Assembly (NCBI RefSeq): GCF_009914755.1
Contig: NC_060927.1
Source: the human T2T-CHM13v2.0 reference genome, Homo sapiens
Reading direction: 5' to 3' (one strand)
Length of the DNA stretch: 64,000 bases
Shown: piece after piece, positions 13,968 through 27,532 of the stretch
Layout: each line of letters starts with the position of its first letter
Numbering within the stretch: the stretch's first letter is position 1
The notes under the pieces: generated by a model
Seen by the model: the letters and a program-made list of their open reading frames with translations, nothing else
Database searches by the model: none
Told to the model about the DNA's origin: nothing
Translations under genes and position numbers: made by a program

Positions 13968-14029
13968 TGGTATGTTATGAAATGTATTTTACTTAAGAAA
14001 CGAATGTCAACAAATCTAGACATTTAAAA

Positions 14030-14280
14030 AAAGCTTTATTGAGATACAATTCTCACATTATAAAATTCAACCAATTAAAGTGTACAATGCAGTGATTTTT
14101 AGTATATTTATAGAGTTGTGCAACCATCACCAGAGTCTAATTTTAGAACATTTTCACCATCTCCCCTCCAAAACCCTTACTCATTAGCAGTCATTTCTCA
14201 TTCCCACCTTTCCCCTCCCTCAAGCTTTCCCCCCACGCCCTGCCAATCCCTAGGCAACCACTAATTTACTTTTTGTCGTT
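14030..14280 (-). mobile_element. L1MB 3' end fragment
   Basis: agctttattgagatacaattc...gagttgtgcaaccatcacc...ccctaggcaaccactaat. Confidence 0.8.
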
Positions 14281-15292
14281 AAGGAACAAATCTATACTTC
14301 AGCATGTTTTCATTTTTATTTCATCTCTGATATTAGTGGCTTTGTAAATGGTACCTTAAAAATTATTCACAGGTATTTTACTTCCAGTGTGTGAGTCAGA
14401 GATTCAGAGTTTGAGTCTATATGGCAGCTTCTATATCTAGAGCACTTATCCACACTAATCATCATCAAAACGGATATTACATGAGTTTGGGATATTTAAT
14501 GAAATAATTCATTATAAAAGCCCTTGTTTTTGTAATGTTCGTTCTCACTTGTTTAAGAGTATATAATACAATTGATTGAGGCTTACCAATGATAATTTTT
14601 ATATTTATGGGTTGACATTTAGTCTTTTCACGGTATCTTTTTGCTAAAAGAGAGAAAGGGACTCATAGTGAACAGGATGAAGTTGGGAGAGGTAGTTATG
14701 CTGTTGCCATTCAGACGTAGAGAGGGGAAAAAAGCATAGATTGTTAGGAGGTAATGGACAAAAAGTATTCCTTTATTATAAGTGGCTGTTAATTTTTTGG
14801 CATTCTCTGATGTTGGTACAATATACAATAGCAAATGAAAAGTAAATTTACATGTGAATTTATATTGAACCAGAAGTAAAAATTTTTTAAGTTGTAGAAA
14901 ATTTTCAATTTTAAAGCAAAGATGCTTGTGTGTATGTTTTTAACCATTATTTTGGTTGAAATCTAGTTTCTCTGAAATTTGGGTTAGTAAGACAAGCTGT
15001 ACTATAAACTGAGCACTGTGGGAGGATGTTTGTTTTGTGATTAAAACAGAACTTTGTCATCATGAGTTACATAGGTATTGACTAAACATGGGTGTTTACC
15101 TAAATGTCCAAATCTGTGTAAGTTCTTATGCTTTTGAAATAAAAGCTTTACTTTTAATGTTAATACATGTTTATAATTAAAAGGGATATTTTTGGACATT
15201 GGGAATTAATATATCAAATGATCTATTCCCTGGGACAAAGCACCAGCTCTCAGTTACTCACATCCTTGTCTTCCAGGTGATTTTACAACGAG

Positions 15293-15406
15293 ATGCTGCT
15301 CTCCATAGGGATGCTCATGCTGTCAGCCACACAAGTCTACACCATCTTGACTGTCCAGCTCTTTGCATTCTTAAACCTACTGCCTGTAGAAGCAGACATT
15401 TTAGCA
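15293..15406 (+). CDS. RNF13: RNF13 first coding exon (exon 15277-15406 incl. 16-nt 5'UTR); MLLSIGMLMLSATQVYTILTVQLFAFLNLLPVEADILA, signal peptide
   Basis: Acceptor ccttgtcttccag at 15264-15276, ATG 15293, donor GCA|gtaagt at 15407; in-frame TGA at 15278 upstream of the ATG; translation matches the human RNF13 N-terminus as I recall it. Confidence 0.97.
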
Positions 15407-15566
15407 GTAAGTACAGTAAAATTTATTCATGTCTAGAAACATCCCTTAAAGAAAAGCTTAAAAAAAGCCTGGAATGATATTTATAAGACATTGTTATAAG
15501 ACATTTTTATCTAAAAACATACCCCAACACATATACACAGTTACTTGACATTGGGGTACCTTATTC

Positions 15567-15871
15567 ATTTGTTTATTTATTTTTTGAGACGGAATTTCAT
15601 TCTCGTTGCCCAGGCTGGAGTACATTGTTGCGGTCCTGGCTCACTGAAACCTCCACCTCCCGGGTTCAAGCAGTTCTCCTGACTCACCCTCCTGAGTAGC
15701 TGGAATTACAGGCGTGTGCCACCATGCCCGACTAATTTTTTTGTATTTTTAATAGAGACAGGGTTTCACCATGTTGGCCAGGCTGGTCTTGAACTCCTGA
15801 ACCTAAGGTGATCTTCCCGCCTTGGCCTCCCAAAGTGTTGGGATTACAGGTGTGAGCCACCACGCCCAGCC
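15567..15871 (-). mobile_element. AluS, ~160 nt downstream of the first coding exon
   Basis: Full dimer; TSD ccttattcattt. Confidence 0.95.
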
Positions 15872-16281
15872 CCTTATTCATTTTCTATTGCTTCATATCT
15901 AATGTAAGATCTCATGAACAATCAGTACCTGATAAATAATGTTGCTCATGAGGGTATGTGTGCACATGTGGGTGCTTTGCACACATACCTACCTGCTGTG
16001 TGCTTACATAGAATTTTACTGTTTTTCTTGGTACCTAGTACATCTCTTAATGACTGTAAGATCTCAGTAGTATCTCTATTGATAATAATATTTAAGAAAT
16101 TCTATAAGATGTTCATAGAAAATTTCAACCCAAGATTAGCATTAATGAATCAGAAGAGAAGCACAGTGGTCCTATCTTTGATGGTGGATAGAAAAGTTTT
16201 TAGAGAAGAAGAGTGCTGCTCAAAACCTTAGCATAGCCTCTCTTAGCTACTGTCTTACTTTCCTCCACACTGGGGAGTATA

Positions 16282-16516
16282 CAGATGGTCTCCAGCTTAA
16301 GATAAGGCTTGACTAGTGAGCTTTCGACTTTATGATGGTATGAAAGTGATATGCATTCAGTACGCACCTCAACTTATGATGAGATTATGTTCCAACAACC
16401 CCATCATAAGTTGAAAATATCATAAGTAGAATTTGACTTATGAAACATTTTTGACTTAGATATTTTCAGTTTATGATGAATTTATCCAGATGTAGCCCCA
16501 TTGTAAGTTGAGGATA
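16282..16516. mobile_element. TcMar-Tigger MITE (MER47/Tigger5-like)
   Basis: ta|cagatggtctcc...ctcaacttatgat...ccccattgtaagttgagga; internal repeats of the terminal inverted repeat. Confidence 0.65.
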
Positions 16517-18699
16517 TATATTTTCTATTTCTCTTTTTCTGTGAAGGTAGAAAAAGAACATACATGCCTATACTCTAGGTCTGTGCTAAGGATTTGGTTT
16601 TACTTTCTGGGTGCAACTGATTTGCTTAATGATATCAGGTGAGAAATAAAAGGGCAAGAATTGTTGCTGACCAAAGCTTGATGTGGTCCCCAGCTGTGCT
16701 TCTGCACATTGCAGTAATTCTGGAAGATTCTGAGATCATTGTAGCACTTGAGAGAGCCAGGCTGGTTTCCATACCACAGCTTTTGAAGGCAGAGGATGCT
16801 AGTAATCCATACGAGATTTCTAACCCCCTGTTGTCCTCTGTAGTAGGGAACTGGTTGATTAGGTTTGTTTTGGGGAATAGTCTTGGTCTTTTTGAGGTGG
16901 AATGGAAATAGAGCCTTTAAAGACTGAGTCCATTGCTATCCAAATCTCCCTTCTAAATTGGTCCCTAAAATCCTTAGAATATTCTTGGCATGACTTTTGA
17001 AATGAGTTAGAGGATTTATGGACTGATCAGGGAATAAACTTCTCCTTGTCTCCTTTCTCTCCTTTGATTTCTTCCATTTTGTGTCTCTCTTTTTCCCTCT
17101 CTGTTGTTTTTAATACTTTTTGCCTTCTTTCTTTCATTTATACCCAAGGTGGATTGCTATTCTGTGGTGGAGCTCCCTGATGGGTTAAATGATTTTCAGT
17201 GTTGTGCTCTGGGAACTTAAGCAGATATATAACCTTGATCAAATTACTCAGCTGCTATAAGTGCCACAGTTTCTTTATTTCTTCATGTAAACTGGAGTGT
17301 TGTGGTGGTGATTAAATAAGATAAACTGCTTAGAATAGTATCTGACACATAGTAAATATTTTATATATGGTTTTAATCTTCATTATAATTATCATTCTGA
17401 TTATACTTCATTCAGCCCCTTGAGAAGATACAAAACTACCTGAGCTGTATTTTTTAATTTGGAGACAAAAAAAAAATGTTAGGTATGGAAGAATGGTCAA
17501 TCCTTTTTGCCAGCAGTGTTCCTTGTGCTTTACACAGGTACTTGTGGAATGTATGTTGATGTCCTGTAGTGAAGGAACTGTAAGATGGGAGCTGCTTAAA
17601 TCTGGTCTCTATGCTGTCCATAAGGATAGAAGGCTGACACGAATGCAAAGATGGCTGGAGGGGAGTGGCTTGTGAAAGCATATAACTGGTAAAACAGGGA
17701 ACTAAAAATTGAGACAGAGGAACTGGATGTGTGACAATCATTCAAAGGAAGTGAGTTAAGAGGTAGAAAATAAGAGCACCTCCTTTTAATGCAATAAGAG
17801 CATCCCTGAAATCTGAGTTTGCAGTAATACAGATATAAATAAATTAGACATCTAGTTCCAGTCAACTAGGTTGATTCTAGTTCCATTTGCACAGGGCTTG
17901 GGGTGCTGCTTTTGAAAAATTAAGTTTTAGTTATGCTATTTGTAATGCCAGATGCCTTTGATTTTTTGGTTGGTTGGTTGGTTGTTTTGTTTTGTGTTTT
18001 TTTTGTTTTTTGTTTTTTGTTTTTGGCAGTTGAATTCAATTCACAGACAACAGTGTTTGTCCAAGTAGTTGTTGAGTTCTAAGAGGCTATGGAGATGCTA
18101 CTGTAGCATCTAGTCTATAGCTGACTAGACTAGCTGACTAGTCAGACAGACCTCTAGGCCATGAGTACTTGGAAGGCAGGACTGTGTCTTACTAAACTTT
18201 ATTCCTGGTGCCTGGTGTCAGTTACACAGGAATTCAATAAACGTTTGAAGTAATTAAAAGCCTTCTCTTAGAGATTTTGTACCATCACATTTTCTTTTAA
18301 TAGCATCTGTTCCTTAGTACTTTTAGATTACTGTTTTTATCTCTTATCATTTTTCTTTTACCCAAAAAGAAACGTAATACTATTAATTATGTAGGTTTAT
18401 ACTAGAAACATGGAATTTTAGAATTGCACTTAAGAGAGAACTACATCAGTGCTGTATATTCTGAGACTCAGAGTCCACAAGTGACATGTTAGTTTTGAGT
18501 AGTGCCCATGATTTTACTGAGAAGTAACATCCATCTTATATGAGAGTCAAACAACCCATGTAGCTTGATGCCCAGTCTGCCTTTTGATTCTTTTGTCTGG
18601 ATTTGTCAGAGAGAATTGGTTGCTGGGTAGTGATTATTGAGGGCCAGTGTGCTGTGTAGCAAAGAAACACCCAATGGGTGGTGGTGTGAATGGATTGGA

Positions 18700-19095
18700 T
18701 TATATAGCATGGGTAGTCCAGGCTCCAGAAATGGATTTATAATCAGAGTTGAAATCCAGCTCTACCACTCTATTTGCATGACCTTGGGCAGATTACTTAA
18801 CATTTCTTAAGTCGCAGTTAACTTTGTAAAAGTGAGAGTTTGTGAAGGACAGTGCAGGGTAGTGGGTTAAGGGCTGGGGCTCTGTGGCCAGACTGCCTCG
18901 GTTAGAATCCTGGTTCTTCTAATTTACCAGAGCTTGTTATTTTCAACATTCTGTTGTCAATCTGTAAAATGAGGATGATAGTAATAGTGGCCTACTTTGT
19001 AGAGTTGTTGTTAGGATTAAATAAATTATTACCTGTAAAGTGCTTAGCATGATGTCTGTACATAATGAGTGCTCAGTAATTGTTAGATATTTATT
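18700..19095 (+). mobile_element. Two tandem MIR elements
   Basis: gaccttgggcagattacttaac and ctgtaaaatgaggatgatagtaatag...aaagtgcttagca cores. Confidence 0.75.
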
Positions 19096-19247
19096 ACTTT
19101 CTAAATTCAATTAAACCTTTTGTTAAGGAAGCTGTCAAGAAAAATAATTGGTTAAGGAAAAGACCTTTTCAAAATAAGTGGAGTCAAACTTATGTGGTAA
19201 TCACTAAGAATGGGATTCTAGTGAGGAGTAACTATTTTCTACTTCAG

Positions 19248-19545
19248 ATTTTTTTTTTTTTTTGAGATGGAGTCTTGCTGTGTTGCCCAAGCTGTTGTGC
19301 AGTGGCGCAATCTTGGCTCCCTGCAACATCTGTCTCCTGGATTCAAGCGACTCTCCTGCCTCAGCCTTGCAAGTAGCTGGGATTACAGGCATTTGACATC
19401 AGGCCTGGCTAATTTTTGTATTTTTAGTAGAGATGGGGTTTCAACATGTTGGCCTGGCTGGTCTTGAACTCCTGACCTCAGGTGATCTGCCCACCTCGGC
19501 CTCCCAAAGTGCTAGGATTACAGGTGTGAGCCACCACATCCGGCC
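19248..19545 (-). mobile_element. AluS
   Basis: Full dimer; TSD ctacttcagattt. Confidence 0.95.
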
Positions 19546-21781
19546 TACTACTTCAGATTTTTAAACAGTGAACATGCTTTAATTTTATGAGCATCGCTCC
19601 CCTCCCTCCTTATACCAAAAACGTAAAGTACCTTTGTTAGTCTTGTTCACTGTAGGAACATTTTTTGTTTTAAACAATATGATTTTAAGAGACAATATGA
19701 AACAATCCTTATTTTGCTGTTAAGGAAAGACAAAGCAGTTTCAAAAAGGGTTTCATTCAGTAACAAAACTTATTCCACATCTCAGTGTTACAAGTACTGT
19801 AGTTCAAGCTAGACATTTTATTTCTATAATTTTAGCTATAATAGTGAAACTCTTAAGTAATAGGAAGAGATAAAAGAATACTTTAGTATAGTTTGTAGAT
19901 TCCCCATTTCCTAATTTCAAAAGTACATTAAAAAATACTGCTTACACACATTTGTATTTTGTCCTCATTCTATTTCCATTGATCTAGATAAGTTACTTTA
20001 TTTTACAGTGACATCTTTGGCTGGGATGAATTAAATGTTTTTCTCAAGTTCAACATTAACCTGATCATAGGTGAATTAAATCAATTAAATGTGTTTTAAT
20101 TAAGAGATTAAACGATAGATTGTGATAATGGGTTTAAAAGCATTTTGTAACTCTGAAGTACTTTGTAAACTATGGAGTACTCTGCAAATATGAATTATTG
20201 TTGCAATGGGAAATCACGCTGAAGCAATTACCACATATACTTGATGGCCTCCAAGTACACTGCTAGGATGATTATCCCAGCAATGACAGAATGAATAGGT
20301 TTAGTGACTGCATTTAGATGCTTGAATCACACAGTTTCCTGAGCTAATTACAAGCATACAGTGAGAGGCAAAGGTATAAGATGGACATGCTAAGACACTC
20401 AAGATAGGGTTCCAGTGGGATGCAAGAACCACACTACCTGAATCCTGGGTCACTTGTTGTAGTTTGTCCAGTCTTCCTGTATGCTGCATCAACTTTTCCT
20501 GCTGACAGTGTGGTATGGTTACCAGGACCTGAGTTGACGGTGAGCCAAGGAGACTTGACAGATGAAAGGTGTCTAGATCCAACATTTGCTTGCTGTACTG
20601 GAGAGATGCAAGGCAACTGGTCACAGCTGTAATTGGCTGTTAAACTGTGGAGTTGCTTATCTGCATGCCTCTGGCAGATGACATAAGAGGCTAGGATAGC
20701 GTTAACCAATGGGTGTTTGATTCAGGGATGACGTAGCTATCAGTCTGGATGCGTGACTTAATCCATGCTTTGTGAATACTTAAGGTTTACTTGATCCTTC
20801 CATCTTTTCTTATCTATATATAACACTCTTGCTTTCTTCCTTTTTGTCTATCTTCAAACCATCCTTTGTATCTATATGCAAAACAAATGTGTTCTTTTTT
20901 TTTGTATTTATGTCCTACATGTTGTGAACACTTCCCTTAATTTCTAGTACATCATTTTCACTTGTGTTTCAAAAGTTACTTGTTTACTATCTATACTTGT
21001 TTACTATCTATGAAACTCAGGTTTCATCCATTTCCCTTGTTTCTCTTGCTCTCTGTATAGCAAATTGAACATTATTAAATGATACAGCAAACTCATCTCA
21101 CAATTATTATCATTACTGTTATCTTCTAAAAGCACAAAGAACTTTTGTTTTGTTTTGGTAAAGGACTAATAAATATTGTAGCTTTGGAATCTATATCTGT
21201 GTGGAAGGGGGAAAATTGTTAAAGAGTTTGAATACCTCCAGCTTTTTCCGTGTATGTATTTCATTGAATTTGGTCTTTTCAGTGTTCAACCCTGGATAAA
21301 AATGTTCAGCTTATACAAAATTGACATGCCTTAAAAATATGATATGATGCTGCTTCTTTCCAAAAAGAAAGTCATTTTTCATAGCTAGAGCCAGAAATGC
21401 TGTAAATTTCTTCCAGTAAATCAGACCTTTATAATACAGAGAAATTAAAATGGAACACTCCTCCTGGAAGATGATCTGTCTGGAAAATTCCTTGCTAGGA
21501 AATTGTCTATGGGAAAAACTCAGAAAACAGTAGGCTGAATTAGTGTTGCTGCTCGATAATATTTGAAATAATAATCCAATTTAAGCAGTTGTATATGTTG
21601 TAAATTATATATATTCCTTCTATTTTAGTGGATGTACATTTACAAATTCAGTTTTATTTTGATAAGCTGTGATAGTAATCAGAATTGTCAAAATAATAAT
21701 TATACATAATTAAATAAGTCTTTGTTTTTAATGTTATATATAAATTGGTCTTAACTTGAATATTTAAAATTTTATTTTTAG

Positions 21782-21862
21782 TATAACTTTGAAAATGCAT
21801 CTCAGACATTTGATGACCTCCCTGCAAGATTTGGTTATAGACTTCCAGCTGAAGGTTTAAAG
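21782..21862 (+). CDS. RNF13: RNF13 second coding exon, 81 nt, phase 0/0; YNFENASQTFDDLPARFGYRLPAEGLK
   Basis: tttttag|TAT acceptor and AAG|gtaaga donor; in frame with the neighbouring exons; FDDLPARFG motif typical of RNF13/RNF167. Confidence 0.97.
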
Positions 21863-22698
21863 GTAAGACAGTTGGTAATACATTGTAAAGACACAAGGTA
21901 TTTAATAAGGTGATTTTTATTGTTTATTATTTAAAGAATGAAATCATTTCTTACTATTTATTATTATAAAGCCTATATATAGTCATTTGTAAAGGGTCAG
22001 ATTATTCAAAAGATATCAGAAAGAAAGTGAAAATCACCTAGGATTGTATTATTCTGAACTAGCTGTGTTTAACATTTTGGTATATCACATTTCAGACCTG
22101 TTTTTTTAGGATATGTGCTATGCGTGTGTTTGTAGATGTATGTATGTGTGTGTACATATATATATGTACACACACATTTACATATATATGTAAATGCTTT
22201 CATATACAGTAAATCTGTATTTAACACTAATAGAAACATGCTATTTGGTTACCTGCCTTTTTCTTTTAATTGTATGTTTTGATCATGTTTTTTCATGCTG
22301 ATAGGTAAGGATTTACATTATTAATTGTAACAGCTGCATGGTTTTGCAATATCATGAAATAGTATGGATTTTGAACATTGCTTTAGTTTTTCATAGTGGA
22401 TATTTAGGTTGTCTAGTTTTTACTATTACAGTGCTACAATGAATGTTTTTGTCTTTGTGTATTCATCCATTTATCTCCATAGGATACATTTCCAAATGTA
22501 GAATTGCTTTGTGGCATGAATGTTTAAAGTTTTGTTCTGTATTTTCAGTTCTTCCTCCAAAAAGTTTGGAACGATTTAGAATTCTATCAATAACATCTGA
22601 GACTGTCCTTTTCCCTATACCCTCTTAAATACTAGATATTATCAAACTTTTGCTAATTTGATTTTAAAAAATCTAATGAACTTAAACATATTTTTTGC

Positions 22699-22763
<65 letters not shown>
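22699..22763. repeat. (TG)n(AG)n compound microsatellite within an L1ME-like relic (~22200-23000)
   Basis: Directly visible. Confidence 0.95.
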
Positions 22764-22766
<3 letters not shown>

Positions 22767-23094
22767 GACTATTAATGCTCTTTGCCCAATTTGAAATGAA
22801 AGTGTCCTTGTGCTTTGTAAGAGTTCTTTATATATTGGAAGTATCAATTTATTGTTTGCCATATATGCTTCAGATTATCCCTTCTTCAGTTTTTCGTTTA
22901 TCTTTTAATTTTTTTTAAGATTTCAAAAGTTTTGTTTAAGTAGTTAAAAATTCTTTTTCCTCTACCTCTGGGGGTTAGAAAGTCCTTTCTCATTCCAAGA
23001 TAATATTAGTTTTTTGTTATATGAATTCATGAAGTTGTGTGGATATGTACCATAGAATGTTTTCAGTTTATTCTAATTTTCTTAAAATTTCTCT

Positions 23095-23394
<300 letters not shown>

Positions 23395-24300
23395 AGAATT
23401 TCTTAGTAAGATACCACAAACCTATTATTCTTAATTAGGATGGCAGACACCTCTGGGAGGGGCATTGAATTTTTAATTATTAAAAAAAAATTCATAGCAT
23501 TGTATGACTATTTCTCATAAAAATATTTCAACCGAAAAGTAATATACATAAGAAAAAGGAAACACCTTCTTTTATTCTTTTCTTACCTATATGTAGCAGT
23601 CACACTTCCCTCTTCAGAGTTAAATATTATCAGTGATTTTACAGGCCTTCAGATCCTTTTCTGAACATGTAATGCTTTTTCATTCTTTTTTGTTCATAAA
23701 CTTATGAACATGTATAATTCATAAATGGTTATCATTTGTATATATGAAAAGTTTCTTAATTCTTACAATGGAATCCGCTCTAGCTAGTTTTACCCAGAAA
23801 GGGATTTATAAAGGGATAAAGATGTTCAGAGTATCATAGCCTGGACAGGCAGTTTCTAAACTGTTACAGGAATAAAACCCAGAACCACCTTGCAGGACTG
23901 GCTTTATAGATGAGTGGTGCAGCCAATGGACCCTCACACCACATTATTTTTTCTCTCATCAGGAAGCCTTTGTGGTTTTACCTCACAACATTTGGCCTCT
24001 TCTGCCATCCAAGCTAATCGAAGAGATACCCTTTTTCAGACTGTTTCCTTACATGTCTACTTCCAAATCCAACACTTGGATTTTTCTGAGTGATAGACTT
24101 TTGGCCACATAGTTACTTGCTACATATTTTGGTGAAATACCTAGCTATGAGGAAGGCTGGGAAATACAATGTAGGGTTTTTGTTGTTGTTATTTTTGTTG
24201 TTTTAGCCTACTTTGGGAAGGTGGAATGCGTAGTGGGTTCAGAAAATTTGGAGCACCGTGAGTGACAGATGTCTACTGCAATAATTACCCTGCAAGGCTG

Positions 24301-24666
<366 letters not shown>

Positions 24667-24739
24667 CTAGTATGTTCCTGTTAAGCACTGCATGGTATTC
24701 TGTAATATGAATGATCATAGTTTATTAGTAATTTCCTCT

Positions 24740-24896
24740 TTAAAAATACATATATATGTATTTTTACATTTATGCATTAAAAAATATATATGTATCTTTA
24801 CATTTATATATTAAAAATACATATATACGTATATATGTGTATATATATACGTGTATATATGTGTGCATATATATGTGTGTGTATATATATATGTAT
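24740..24896. repeat. (TA)/(TG)-rich low-complexity tract within an L1ME-like relic
   Basis: Directly visible. Confidence 0.85.
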
Positions 24897-25703
24897 TTTT
24901 TTTCCCCCAAAGTTGTTATTTCTCTAGGATAGAGGTCTGGAAGTAGAATTGATGAAACCAATGGGTATGTACATCTAAAAGTTTCATAGATACTGCCAAA
25001 TTACCTTTGCAAAGGCTGTGCTAATTTATTCCCATTAACACTGTAGGAGAATACTTATCTCCCTATACTCTTGCCAACACTGGATATTATCAGTCTTTCT
25101 AACTCTTGCCAATCTGATGGGCAAAAGTATTATCTTGTTTTAATTTGCATTTCTCTGATTACTAATGATGATCTGGCAACCTTTCTTTCATTCTATCATA
25201 AGGAGTCAGACTATTCCTTCTCACTGAAGAGCTTTTCTACTGAATAAGCTTATTTTAAAGAGCTCCATTAATTCTCGATAAGCATAATCTTATTGGTGCT
25301 CCTCAATTACTGTGCTACTATAAATTTGGTTTACATTTAAAAGATATGTTGATGAGTTTGTTTATTCACTGCCTGACCAAAAAAAAAAAAACGGTGTTAG
25401 ATATCTGTCTGCTTTTTGCACTTGACAATATAGGGCAAGAAGAGAAGTGAAATATTCTAACAAAATTATTGGATTATTATGGGTAGCTTTTATAGTTGCG
25501 TGACTGGTTTTGCCATTGCCCAGAATCAGAATTTAAAATGCCAGCCATGCAAAGATTTACATTTGTTTACAAGGACTTGATAATAATGAAGTGAGGTAGC
25601 TCACTATAGTATTATGTCTGTAAAACCAATTAAATAAATACGTTAAAAATATAACTAATTTAAAGATATAATATGGTTATTATGAGACTTAGCTGAAAAA
25701 TAC

Positions 25704-26000
25704 TTTTTTTTTTTTTTTTGAGACAGAGTCTCGCCCTATTGCCCAGCCTGGAGTGCAGTGGCATGATCATAGCTCACTGAAACCACCAACTGCTGGGTTC
25801 AAGCCATCCTCCCACCTCAGGCTCCTGTGTAGCTAGTACTATGGGAGTGTGCTACTGTGCCCGGCTAATTTTTAAATTTTTTTAGGAATGGAATCTTGCT
25901 ATGTTTCCCAGGCTGGTTGCGAACCCCTGGCTTCAAGCAATCCTCCTGCTTCGGCCTCCTAAAGTGATGGGATTGTAGGCATGAGCTACTGCACCTGGCC
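25704..26000 (-). mobile_element. AluJ
   Basis: gatcatagctcactg and ttttaaattttt linker (J-type). Confidence 0.9.
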
Positions 26001-26013
26001 AAAATATCTTACT

Positions 26014-26304
26014 TTTTTTATTGAGACGGAGTCTCACTCTGTCGCCCAGGCTGGAGTGCAGTGGTGCGATCCCGGCTCACTGCAAGCTCCGGCCTTCTGG
26101 GTTCACGCCATTCTCCTGCCTCAGCCTCCTGAGTAGCTGGGACTACAGGCGCCCGCCACTACGCACGGCTAATTTTTTTGTATTTTTAGTAGAGATGGGG
26201 TTTCACCGTGTTAGCTAGAATGGTCTCAATCTTCTGACTTCATGATCCACCCACCTTGGCCTCCCAAAGTGCTGGGATACAGGCGTGAGCCACCATGCCC
26301 GGCC
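26014..26304 (-). mobile_element. AluY
   Basis: tgcaagctcc, gttcacgccattc and caccgtgttagc diagnostics; TSD aaaatatcttactttt. Confidence 0.92.
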
Positions 26305-27100
26305 CAAAATATCTTACTTTTAAACTCTGCCCAGAAAGTTTAGGTGAGATAGTTTTTGTAGGTCTAATTTATGTTCTATATTTTGTAGCTTTTATAACAT
26401 CCCTGGATTCCATCAGAATCATTTATAAGACTTCAGATATTTATAGTATAATATATCAGTTGAAATTCTGTTTACATTCTATTTATATATGCCCCAATAT
26501 TAGGTTAATTGTATTTAAAGCCTTTTTCTGTCCTCTCCTGTATCTTAAAAAATACTATTATTCAAGTATAAGAAAATGAGAAAGCCAAGGAATTTTGACC
26601 TATTTGAACTTTAATGCAAAAATGTAAATCTTTTCATGGATTAAAATATGGCACATCAGTGTTACAGAAGTTTTAAAAGAAAGATTTTATTTTTGTATCT
26701 AGGTAAGTCCTGTGTTTGTAGTTTTATATTTTAATTGGCTGTTTAGGAAGTTACCTTTTCCAGACAACCTTTTTAGACCTTGTAACCTTTGAGTACCATT
26801 AGTAATTAGTTTACAGTTCTTTTGAACAGTATATTTATATGTTTTGGCAAAATTCAGAACTATACAACTGTTCTTTTTGGAAAACATGTTTTGTCTTTGA
26901 AAAGATAAATAATGTTACTTAGCAGTATAAATATACTTTCCTACGTCCTCAAAAAATTGGTAAAGATTACCTTTCCCCATCCCCTTCCCCCACTCTATGC
27001 TTAGGAGGCCAAGAATTATTATTGTATAATGTAACGTATGACTCTATTTTTACCTTTTTCAAATGGATAACCAAGTATTAAAGAATCATTATTGAGTAGT

Positions 27101-27532
27101 TACTATGGTTTGGATATGGTTTTTTTGTCCCCACCAAATCACATGTTGAAATTTGATCCCCATTGTGGGGGTGTTGGAAGGTGGGGCCCAGTGGGAGGTG
27201 TTTGGGTCATGGGGGCAGATCCCTCATGAATTGCTTGATGCCATTCTCTCTCTGGCTAGATGGAATTAGTTCCAACGGAATAGGTTAGTTCCCTCAAGAG
27301 TGGGTTGTTATAAAGCCAGGACACCGCTTAGGTTTGGTCCCTCTTCACATATGCCCACTTCTCCTTTGGCCTTCTCCATCATGTTTTGATGCAGCCCTCA
27401 CCAGAAGCTGAGCAGGTGCCAGTGCCATGCTTCTTAAACAGCCTGCACAACCATGAGCTAAATAAAACTCCTTCCTTTATAAATAACCTGCCTCAGGTGT
27501 GCTGTTATAGAAACACAAAATAGACCAAGACA
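27101..27532 (+). mobile_element. MSTC-like solo LTR
   Basis: Perfect 5-bp TSD gtagt (27096-27100 / 27533-27537). Confidence 0.9.

Noticed and set aside
15481-15505. ttataagacatt 13-bp tandem duplication near the exon
   Set aside because: Short AT-rich slippage with no indication of function
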